From: a virus
Lineage: Duplodnaviria > Caudoviricetes
Strand: one strand, 5' to 3'
Length of the DNA: 37,686 nucleotides
Virus record (IMG/VR): IMGVR_UViG_3300034104_002149
Span: 1 to 37,686 of that record
Positions 9,032 through 17,211 of the stretch are shown piece by piece (within the stretch, counting starts at the first letter, position 1; each line of letters opens with the position of its first letter). The translations under genes and the position numbers were made by a program. The notes beneath the pieces are model-generated. The model ran no database searches and had not been told where the DNA came from. It worked only from the letters and a program-made list of their open reading frames with translations.

Positions 9032-9351
9032 CAACCGCACGGTACAGCAATTCAATCGAAAATCTGGACATTGGCACCACTCTTTCCGCAAGCGATGAGA
9101 TCATTTACGGCGACTTTGAAAGAGGTATGGTTCACATACCCTCCGGATCCTCGCTGACGACACTTACTTGGTATTCCAGCATCAGCGCAACTGGAACTTA
9201 CCTTGCGGCTTACACCGAGTCTAACTCTGCTATCACCACAACGGTTGCGGCTGGTCGATCGTATCCGATCCCAGAAGCGTTGGCTGGTGCAAGGTTCTTG
9301 AAGATCACAGGCAATGCCGCTGGCGTTGTTGGGGTTACGTTGAAGGATTAG
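9028..9351 (+). CDS. Small beta-rich hypothetical virion protein
   Basis: GTG start overlapping the previous TGA, with AAGGAG upstream. 107 aa. Confidence 0.7.
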   Translation: MTTARYSNSIENLDIGTTLSASDEIIYGDFERGMVHIPSGSSLTTLTWYSSISATGTYLAAYTESNSAITTTVAAGRSYPIPEALAGARFLKITGNAAGVVGVTLKD

Positions 9352-9372
9352 TTTTTGCCCAAGGGGAAAATC

Positions 9373-9768
9373 ATGTCGGCTCAAAACGAATTACACGAAT
9401 TGCTCATGGCGTTTACGCCTGGAGGCCCAGGTAGAGTGCCTTTGGTCGCTTCTGCCACCGGAACCAAGATGTCGGATGAGGCTTTCATTCAGATGGTTAT
9501 CCCGACTTGGGGTAACGCGAATAACATTCTCATTTTGCCTGCTCCGGTTCCCGGTAGGATTGTCATTGTCGCTGGCGCTGCCACTGGCGGTGAGTTGCGA
9601 ACGACGGATCCGGCAACGATTGCGATCAACGGCGGTTCTGGTGCTAACGCTGAGTCAGCAGTCGCGGCAAACCAGATGGTCGTTCTGTTTTGCGAGTCTG
9701 CTACCTCGTGGAAAGCGCTAACGATCGCTAGCAATGGAACCGTAGCGGGTCTTGAAGCTGCCGCGTAA
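9373..9768 (+). CDS. Small virion protein resembling the C-terminal domain of the fibre at 11027
   Basis: AAGGGG SD before ATG 9373. Pattern ILPAPVPG...AING...NA...FC...W. Confidence 0.7.
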   Translation: MSAQNELHELLMAFTPGGPGRVPLVASATGTKMSDEAFIQMVIPTWGNANNILILPAPVPGRIVIVAGAATGGELRTTDPATIAINGGSGANAESAVAANQMVVLFCESATSWKALTIASNGTVAGLEAAA

Positions 9769-9776
9769 TTGATGAC

Positions 9777-11024
9777 ATGGCTACAAGTAAAGAGATACTT
9801 TTCCCATCGGGCGTTAATCGTCGCCTGTCTTTTCGCCAAAGCGTAGGCAGGCGGGAGAGGTATTTTTGTCCTTGGGCCGTGAATTGCAGAACGGAAGATT
9901 TCCAAGGTCGCCTTCGCGGTGGCTCTTGGGTTCAAGCTGGTGCTTCGACCGTCCCTGCAACCGAAGATCGGTATTTGACCGATAGCGCTGGTAATAAGAT
10001 AACCGACTCAAGCGGCAACAGGATTGTCGTTAGTACAGGTGTTGCGGCTGTTCACAGTGGTGGTACGGTTTACGTGACTCCAGGTGCTAACGCTCCAAAT
10101 AGCCATCCATCGCAGTGCATCTACCGAGATCGCTTCATTCGTCCTTCTGGGAGGGCGATTTTCGCTAGTAGACAATCAAACCACTCCGATTGGTCGCTCA
10201 GCGCTGATGTCAGCGATTTGATGCGTCCATTCGTCATGCAGTTGTCCGAAGCTGGTGAACTAGGGTCTGATGTGGTTTCGCTGATTCCACACAAAGATGC
10301 CTATTTGCTGGCGGCAACAAGTGGTTCACTATGGGTTGTCCAGGGTGATCCGGTTGCAGACGGAACGCTTCGAAACATCTCGCGGGAAGTCGGCATGGTC
10401 GGTGCAAAGGCTTGGTGCCGTGATCATCTTGATCGATATTATTTCCTTTCGTCGCATGGTCTTTACACGGTGTCGGCTTCTGGCGACGGCTTGCAGGCGT
10501 TGTCTGAGGACGCGATTCCTGAGCATCTGACGAACGTTACGAACGTTAATACGGTGCTCGAGTACGATCACGAATCGAGAGCCGTTTACATTCACATACC
10601 GTCCGCAGCGGTGTCCTGGATGTTTGACACGGAAAGGCAGGAGTTCTGGCCGTTCAAGGTTGGGCACTCAGGATCCTATGTCGCGATCGGGCCGGTGCTG
10701 ATGGGAAACGGAAGCACCTATGGAAGACTGATCCAATTGCACGGTATCACCGCCTCTGGTAGTGTGAACGTGACTTGGAGAGTTATGGTTGCTGACACGG
10801 CTGAGCAGGTCAGCATCAACGCCAAGGCGGCTATTGAGGCATTGATTGCAGGGACTACGCCTGCGGCTGTCCACAGTAGCGGAACTTGGACTGCGGGAGT
10901 AAATCACCGTAGCTACCCAAGAGCCAGGGGAAAATACATGATCCTTCTTTTGTCTGCTCCAAGTGGGAATTGGGCATGGGAAGGTGCAAACGCAGTGGTA
11001 GAGCCCTCTGGGGCGTGGAGATAG
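9777..11024 (+). CDS. Putative nozzle / DNA-stabilisation (tail tubular B or P22 gp10-like) protein
   Basis: 415 aa of beta-strand repeats (IFASRQ...DW, SLWVVQGDP, ISREVG, YYFLSSHGLY). Located after the adaptor candidate. Confidence 0.5.
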   Translation: MATSKEILFPSGVNRRLSFRQSVGRRERYFCPWAVNCRTEDFQGRLRGGSWVQAGASTVPATEDRYLTDSAGNKITDSSGNRIVVSTGVAAVHSGGTVYVTPGANAPNSHPSQCIYRDRFIRPSGRAIFASRQSNHSDWSLSADVSDLMRPFVMQLSEAGELGSDVVSLIPHKDAYLLAATSGSLWVVQGDPVADGTLRNISREVGMVGAKAWCRDHLDRYYFLSSHGLYTVSASGDGLQALSEDAIPEHLTNVTNVNTVLEYDHESRAVYIHIPSAAVSWMFDTERQEFWPFKVGHSGSYVAIGPVLMGNGSTYGRLIQLHGITASGSVNVTWRVMVADTAEQVSINAKAAIEALIAGTTPAAVHSSGTWTAGVNHRSYPRARGKYMILLLSAPSGNWAWEGANAVVEPSGAWR

Positions 11025-11026
11025 AC

Positions 11027-13165
11027 ATGCCTGATGTAAGTTTTGCAGATTGGGTGGCTGGTCTTGCGGTAGATACGCTTACAGGCCCAGAGAAGATTCC
11101 ATTGCTCGATGGAACCTCGTCTCGGCACGCCACTGCGGCTTTGCTTGCTGCTTTTGCGGTCGATCAGCTTCACCAAGCCTCGGTGATCACAACCCTCGCC
11201 GACACCGATGAGATAGTCGCCTTTCAGTCGGATGTGGAAAAGATCCTTACAGCGCAGAATTTCTTCAATTGGGTGGTTGATAAGCTCGAAGCGATCGACA
11301 CAAGTACCACTATCGTCTCGGGCGATAAGTTGGTATTCAATGATGGGGGTATCCTCAAGCAAATCGACATTGATAATGTCAAGGCGTTTCTCGATTCCTC
11401 GGTGACGGCTCTCGGGGCAGAGATCGCCGGTCTAGCCTCTGCCACACTGGCTGATTCGGATCAGTATGTCGTGGCTCAGTCGACGACAGCAAAAAAGACT
11501 ACGTTTTCAGCGATCGCAGCTCGCGTCCACTCTCAATTCCTGGCTTACACGGCTAGCTTGCCGGCCATCACAACCCTCGCAGACGGTGACACCTTCTATG
11601 CGAGCGACAGTGGTGTAGCGAGCAAGGTTACTGCCTCGACGATTGCCACCTACGTGCAAGGCAAGGTTGGTGCTGATGTTGTATCTGGTGCCTGGGATAC
11701 CTACTCGGCGCTGGGGGCGGCAGCAAACGCTACTGATGTGTTCTTGCTCGAGCGAAGCGGTACTGGCAGGACAGCTACGGGTGCGAATATCGCCTCGTAT
11801 GTGGTCGGAACGCAAAACAGTGCAGCCAGTGCCGTGGCGGCGGTTGCTGGCGACAGTTTCTTGATATTCCGATCGGGAACCCAGCTTAAATTGGACGTTG
11901 GTCTACTTTCGACTTATGTCCTGGCTTCTGGGTGGTCAGCCACGAGCGGAAATCCAGTCGCTACTGGCGACAAGGTGATCATTGGTCGCGGTGGAGTCAC
12001 CTACAGCGTCACAGTGGATCAACTCAAGACGTTCGTCAGTGCGGGTGTTCAGGCTGGCGTTTTGGATCTCACAGGTCTTTCCTCTGCTTCTCTTGCATCT
12101 GGATCGCTTTTCCTGGTTGGGGATAGCACGACACCTAAGAAAGCGACATTGGCAGAGCTCGAAACGAAGCTTTGGACGGACTACCAAACTTACGTCTCTG
12201 GTTTGACGGCACTCACAACGCTTGAGGATGCTGACACGTTTTACGTGATCGAAGGGACTACACCAAAGAAGATTACTGGCGCAAACATCGCCTCCTACAT
12301 CGAAACTGAGATGTGGGACAAGGCTGACGCAAGTCCTGCGGTTCAAGCTGGTGACGACCTTTGGATGCGAAGATCGACGACAAGCTACAAATTGGACGTT
12401 GGGGCTCTGGCTACCTACGTGGCTGGTATTGTGACTAGCAGTATTGATATGGGCGGTTTGAGCAGTGCAACGCTTTCGGATAGCGACTTGTTCTTGGTGG
12501 ACGAGGGATCAACTAACACAAAGGTTACGCTCGCAAATCTCCGATCGCACTTTTGGTCGGAGTTTACAACTTATGTCAGCGGTCTCACTGGTGCGGTTTC
12601 AGCGGCTAACGCGAACGTCCTTTACCTAGTAAGTTCAGGTTCTCCGCTAAAACTCACGATTGGCGACCTGTGGACTACTCGCTATCTACTGGACGCAAAA
12701 GCTATAAAACTCGACGACTTTGCGACTCCAGACGACAACACAGACCTGAACGCAACATCAGCCTGTCACGGATTGCTTCCGAAGTTGAGCAATAACACAA
12801 GGCAATTCATGCGTGGAGACGGTACGTGGGCTCCATACGCTAGCGTTACGGCTGTCTCTACGGCTTCCACTGGAAGTACGCACCTGGACGCTGCGGCGCT
12901 GTCTGCTACCAACACGACGTTTATCACCTCTGACAGTGCGGCTAAGGGTGTCAAACTCCCAACGGGTGCGGCTGGAGACATCATGGAGGTGATCAACAAC
13001 AGTGCGATCGCTGCAAAGCTATACCCAGCATTAAACGGTGCGATCAATGGGCTTGCGACCAATGCGGCAGTAGTGATACCAGCCAGCAAGGGTGTGAGGT
13101 GTTTCTGTTCTGCGGCAGACACATGGACGGTCTTTGACATGACAGCTCGGGCAACCACTGCTTAA
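11027..13165 (+). CDS. Tail fibre-like protein with about 13 degenerate 39-49 aa repeats
   Basis: GGAG SD before ATG 11027, preferred to the ORF-finder start 10970. Repeats follow (T/S/A)L..xD.hhh......Kh(T/D)...h..(Y/F)h. They are followed by HGLLPKL...FMRGDGTW and a C-terminal beta domain. Confidence 0.75.
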   Translation: MPDVSFADWVAGLAVDTLTGPEKIPLLDGTSSRHATAALLAAFAVDQLHQASVITTLADTDEIVAFQSDVEKILTAQNFFNWVVDKLEAIDTSTTIVSGDKLVFNDGGILKQIDIDNVKAFLDSSVTALGAEIAGLASATLADSDQYVVAQSTTAKKTTFSAIAARVHSQFLAYTASLPAITTLADGDTFYASDSGVASKVTASTIATYVQGKVGADVVSGAWDTYSALGAAANATDVFLLERSGTGRTATGANIASYVVGTQNSAASAVAAVAGDSFLIFRSGTQLKLDVGLLSTYVLASGWSATSGNPVATGDKVIIGRGGVTYSVTVDQLKTFVSAGVQAGVLDLTGLSSASLASGSLFLVGDSTTPKKATLAELETKLWTDYQTYVSGLTALTTLEDADTFYVIEGTTPKKITGANIASYIETEMWDKADASPAVQAGDDLWMRRSTTSYKLDVGALATYVAGIVTSSIDMGGLSSATLSDSDLFLVDEGSTNTKVTLANLRSHFWSEFTTYVSGLTGAVSAANANVLYLVSSGSPLKLTIGDLWTTRYLLDAKAIKLDDFATPDDNTDLNATSACHGLLPKLSNNTRQFMRGDGTWAPYASVTAVSTASTGSTHLDAAALSATNTTFITSDSAAKGVKLPTGAAGDIMEVINNSAIAAKLYPALNGAINGLATNAAVVIPASKGVRCFCSAADTWTVFDMTARATTA

Positions 13166-13180
13166 CGAAAGGGTTTAATC

Positions 13181-15190
13181 GTGTCGACAGAAAATGATGT
13201 GGCGAAGATACCGCCTATAAATCCAAACCAAAACGAGATCTATGTACCTGGAGTCATAAATCCGTTTATTTCGGTTGCTCAGTGGTTTGCTACTCAAACA
13301 ATCACTGACGTTCCAGAAAATGTCATGGGGTGGCTTGTTGCCCAGGGTTTTGAGATTACAAGCATCCGCCAGGACAACACCACAGTACCTCCAACTAACT
13401 ATTTCTCGGTCAAAAAAGAGGGGCTCACTCCATCTGGTGTCTTGTTGAGTTTGTGCAATTCCTTCACGTATGAAGCAAACAATGCGAGGGATGCCAACCA
13501 GCAAAGATACAACGAAGTCATTAGGAGTATGACATCAATGGTTGACAGTGCCCATCAACACTTTGATGCGCAAATCGAAGAGCAGAACGCACAATCGGGA
13601 GTGTTTCTGGCGGATCTCGACGAGTACATGAACGCGATCGAGACGATGATCACCGACAATCAGGCTCAGGTTGTCATTGATGCAAACAATGCCAAGATTG
13701 CCTTAGATGAAATGCTTACGCGGCTTGGCGACCTGGAAACCAATGCCAGCGACAACGCTGCGGATATCGAGGCTCTTTTCGCTGAGCAAAGCACAAATCT
13801 TGCGACTTATGTCAACAACTACAACAGCAGGCTTGCTGAGTTGGATCAAAACTTCGCGGCTTACCTGGGTGATGTTCTTTCGAAGATTTCTTCTCTCGAT
13901 AGCACCTTGGATAGCCACATAGCAGAATACGATCAAGCGTTTGCGATACTTTCCGATAATTACACGGCGCATGCAGCAAGCATCGATGTGCAGTTGGCTA
14001 AGGTTTCGTCGGATGTTGATGTCTATGTAGATCAGGTTGAAGCGATACTTGTGCAGCTTGAGGACGATTACCAAAAAGTTGCACTGGATCTCGAGCAAGC
14101 AAACGACGGTTTTGGTAGCACGCTGTCTCAGTATGCTGGTGATTACAACGCAATCCTGAGTCTACTAGAAACCGATTACGCCACTCACGCTCAACTAGCA
14201 AGAGGCTTCTTGACCAATCTCGGGCAGACCGACTTGGCAAGAATAAACGAGCAGTTTGCTTCGAGCCTTTCGTCTCAATTGCAGATGCTTGTAAGCAGGG
14301 GTTTGTCCATGGCGACAATGCCTGTTGATGTCACCGCAAGGAACCAGAGGGATAAAGATGAGCAGATTCAAATCCTCAACGACCGATTGAATCGCGAGAA
14401 GCTTGACAACCAGCACCGACTGTACGAACAACAGGTTGCCATGCGAGCAAGGAAACTTGATGGAGTGGACAGGCTCCACGCCGTTCGTCAGGAAGTGCTA
14501 CGCTACCAAGCAACATTCGTCAACAGCATCTACTCGCTTCGAACCGATGCGACCAACAGGATCTTGGCGGGAAGGCAGGGTGTTTTTGCCGCCAAAGACG
14601 CAAATAATAAATACGGGATCGAGGTGAGTTCCAGTCTCTACGGTAAGTTGCAGGATGTTAGGCAAAGAACGATCGACTCAATTGATCGCATTTATCAACT
14701 TCGAGACGTTTTCGCCAAATGGGACACCGAGGAAGCCAACAGGCGTTACGAAAGGATTCAGCAGATCGAAGCGCAATTCCTGGAAAGCACCCAGCGTCAG
14801 TATGTTGCTTCGCAGGATGTCACAAAGACTGAAATGGCTGAGAAACACACGCTACTCGGGCAGATTCAGAACGCATTGACCGCCTTGATGAGTGGCAAGG
14901 AACGATACGCTGTACTTCTCATGCAAAACGCCAACGCTCTTGCTGAACACAAACACAGGGCGATTGCCGAGATGGTCAACACCAAGGTTCAGCGTCTCGA
15001 AGGGTGGAAGTCGGTGGCTGCCGAAAACATGCGGCTTATGACATACCAGCTCGACGAGCGAAACAAGCTGCTCATGGCTGTTTATGCGTTTGTCGAACGA
15101 CGCGAGGATATCGGGCCTCAGTGGAACGACATGGCGAAGATGATTGCCGGTCTTGGCGACAGTGGTGGAGGCTGGCTAACGCCGAACTAA
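13181..15190 (+). CDS. Long alpha-helical coiled-coil protein (possible internal virion/ejection protein)
   Basis: 669 aa with a GTG start. Heptad-like D/Q/L/A-rich composition, with an acidic N-half and a more basic C-half. Function is inferred from context. Confidence 0.7.
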   Translation: MSTENDVAKIPPINPNQNEIYVPGVINPFISVAQWFATQTITDVPENVMGWLVAQGFEITSIRQDNTTVPPTNYFSVKKEGLTPSGVLLSLCNSFTYEANNARDANQQRYNEVIRSMTSMVDSAHQHFDAQIEEQNAQSGVFLADLDEYMNAIETMITDNQAQVVIDANNAKIALDEMLTRLGDLETNASDNAADIEALFAEQSTNLATYVNNYNSRLAELDQNFAAYLGDVLSKISSLDSTLDSHIAEYDQAFAILSDNYTAHAASIDVQLAKVSSDVDVYVDQVEAILVQLEDDYQKVALDLEQANDGFGSTLSQYAGDYNAILSLLETDYATHAQLARGFLTNLGQTDLARINEQFASSLSSQLQMLVSRGLSMATMPVDVTARNQRDKDEQIQILNDRLNREKLDNQHRLYEQQVAMRARKLDGVDRLHAVRQEVLRYQATFVNSIYSLRTDATNRILAGRQGVFAAKDANNKYGIEVSSSLYGKLQDVRQRTIDSIDRIYQLRDVFAKWDTEEANRRYERIQQIEAQFLESTQRQYVASQDVTKTEMAEKHTLLGQIQNALTALMSGKERYAVLLMQNANALAEHKHRAIAEMVNTKVQRLEGWKSVAAENMRLMTYQLDERNKLLMAVYAFVERREDIGPQWNDMAKMIAGLGDSGGGWLTPN

Positions 15191-15191
15191 G

Positions 15192-15977
15192 ATGTTTCGT
15201 AAGAAGCGCCGTCCAACTCCAGGTTTTCAGATCCCCTCGCCGTTCAATGCGATGCGTGGTGATCATGACGACTTGCAGTTGCACGGAGAGTGGCCTTATT
15301 GCGCAATGGTTCAGATTGCATGCGAGGACAAATACGAGAATCATGTCGTATGTCGTGGATTTGACCCGAGAATACTCAAGTTCATTGATTACGCAGAAAA
15401 CAATTCCGAGAAGCCTGGGATTTCAGTAGCAAAGCCGTTTGGATGTAGAGTCACCGAGGGTGGTGCGAAGCGATATCGCATTGGGGAAGTGTTTCCAGCG
15501 TTTTTGCCAACGCAGGGAATTGCAGATGTTGATGTGCATTATGTCCCCCCGTCTCCGATTGAGGTTAAATGGAGAGTAGGGCAAAACTCAGGTGTCGTTG
15601 ACGCATCCCCTTATGGTGGTCATCCGAAATGCCTTGAGGACGAGATATCGATACTAATGGATCACAATGGAAAAGTGATCAACTGGATGCTAGTTCATAC
15701 AGAAACTAAGCTATTCCAATTCCAGTCACAAGAGGATTTTGACACTGGAGAAGGGAAATGCTCAGCTTGCGTGCGTCAAATGACAGGCAAGTGGCCGCAC
15801 CTAGCAGACATATACGACCCGACTGGCGCATCGGATGAAATGGTGGCTGGGACGAAAGGTTTGGTTTTGTTCCAAGAGGGTAAGTATTGGATAATTGATG
15901 CCAAGTGTGATCCGGATGAAATTCTTCCGTGCGAGTGCGAACCAGAAGGGGAGGATGATTGTGAGTGCAAAGAATAG
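15192..15977 (+). CDS. Cys-containing hypothetical protein
   Basis: 261 aa with about 12 Cys by hand count and an acidic tail PCECEPEGEDDCECKE. Starts 1 nt after the previous stop. Confidence 0.75.
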   Translation: MFRKKRRPTPGFQIPSPFNAMRGDHDDLQLHGEWPYCAMVQIACEDKYENHVVCRGFDPRILKFIDYAENNSEKPGISVAKPFGCRVTEGGAKRYRIGEVFPAFLPTQGIADVDVHYVPPSPIEVKWRVGQNSGVVDASPYGGHPKCLEDEISILMDHNGKVINWMLVHTETKLFQFQSQEDFDTGEGKCSACVRQMTGKWPHLADIYDPTGASDEMVAGTKGLVLFQEGKYWIIDAKCDPDEILPCECEPEGEDDCECKE

Positions 15978-15993
15978 GCTGTCGAGGTACTAG

Positions 15994-17211
15994 GTGTCAC
16001 GAAGATGCTGTTGCGTTGAATGCCTGATATTCTCGGATGATTTCACGAGAGACGAGCCGGGAACTCCTCTAGGGAAGCGAGTGTCAGCCCCTTTTTCTGG
16101 TAAAGGCTGGTGCGACAACCCAGGCGACTACTACACGGTTGATGTGCCGACTTGGAGAGCTCGCTGCGAGGTGCCAGACGCGATAGCTGTCTGTAGCGTG
16201 AAGCACCCAGACGAAGTTGGGTCGATGTACGTGTCGATCGTTACGCAAGAGGAAGAACCAAGAGCCTACTCTGAGTATTCCAGCGGTCAGAAGTGGCGAC
16301 TCTACTTGAATGTCGTAAAGACCGACTCTGGCGATCCTGTTGTGTGCGAGCCGACATCCTACTATTTCGCAGAGTATGAGAGGCTCGGTGGTGTACCTAG
16401 TAGCGGATCTTCTGGGCCTGATGATCGAAGCTGGATAAGGCTTGGCATAGGAAGCGGCGGGAACGAAACAATACTCAAAGAGTTGCAGGTTTTTTCTGAA
16501 TCTGGACTGTCGAGGCGATTTTCCGCGTCGATCGATGATAATAGTTTTTGCGCAGGAATAGAAAATGGAATCTTGGGAGATGTCAGGATGAAATCACCAG
16601 GATTATTTGAAAACGGCTGGTACAGCGGCTTTGGCATGAGCGAAGAGGATATGCTGGCTGATGACTTTGAGTTCTATAGGCACTACAATAGCAACCCTCC
16701 AAAGACAAGGGACTTGAATTGCCCTCGATGTGGCTTGTGCCTTTGCGAAGAAGATCCGGAAGGCGAAACTGACGATGGAGTGGAGTTGCCTCCAGTGCTT
16801 AACGTTTGCATCTGGCCAAACCCAGAAAGCTGCGCAAGACTCGAAGAGTTAGAGCCGTGTTGCTTTGAGATAGAGTATGATCGAGTGGATGATACATGGA
16901 AGCACGAAGGGACAAAATGTTGCGGAGGATTCAGGGTTACATTTAACTGCGGAGGTGGAGGAGGATATGGCCTCGGAAACCTTGCTGGATGCACTGAAAG
17001 TGGAGAGGGGCCAAGCAGTCGCACTGCTTCTCATGTTCACTGTAATAGCGAAACTGGCGAATCTTGTTTTTTGTTTGGGCCATACTGGATTGCAGATAGT
17101 GATTTTGCCTGCCAGTGCCGCAATGTTTATTTTGGTACTGGATCTTGTGAATACTATATCACGGTGAGTTCTGATGACTGCTGTTCAAGAAAAGACTGTA
17201 GGGAGTTGTAA
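15994..17211 (+). CDS. Cysteine-rich protein (MSRRCCC...)
   Basis: GTG start with GAGGT upstream. About 29 Cys in 405 aa by hand count, with CCC, CC, CxC and CxxC clusters. No signal peptide. Confidence 0.75.
   Translation: MSRRCCCVECLIFSDDFTRDEPGTPLGKRVSAPFSGKGWCDNPGDYYTVDVPTWRARCEVPDAIAVCSVKHPDEVGSMYVSIVTQEEEPRAYSEYSSGQKWRLYLNVVKTDSGDPVVCEPTSYYFAEYERLGGVPSSGSSGPDDRSWIRLGIGSGGNETILKELQVFSESGLSRRFSASIDDNSFCAGIENGILGDVRMKSPGLFENGWYSGFGMSEEDMLADDFEFYRHYNSNPPKTRDLNCPRCGLCLCEEDPEGETDDGVELPPVLNVCIWPNPESCARLEELEPCCFEIEYDRVDDTWKHEGTKCCGGFRVTFNCGGGGGYGLGNLAGCTESGEGPSSRTASHVHCNSETGESCFLFGPYWIADSDFACQCRNVYFGTGSCEYYITVSSDDCCSRKDCREL

Noticed and set aside
10970-11026. ORF-finder N-terminal extensions (10970, also 3237, 9355 and 26407)
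   Set aside because: Downstream ATGs at 11027, 3306, 9373 and 26539 have SD-like sequences and give more plausible N-termini.
13181-15190. Tape-measure protein call
   Set aside because: Helical, but no periodic Trp/Phe repeats or transmembrane block. No tail tube or frameshifted chaperone genes are recognisable upstream.
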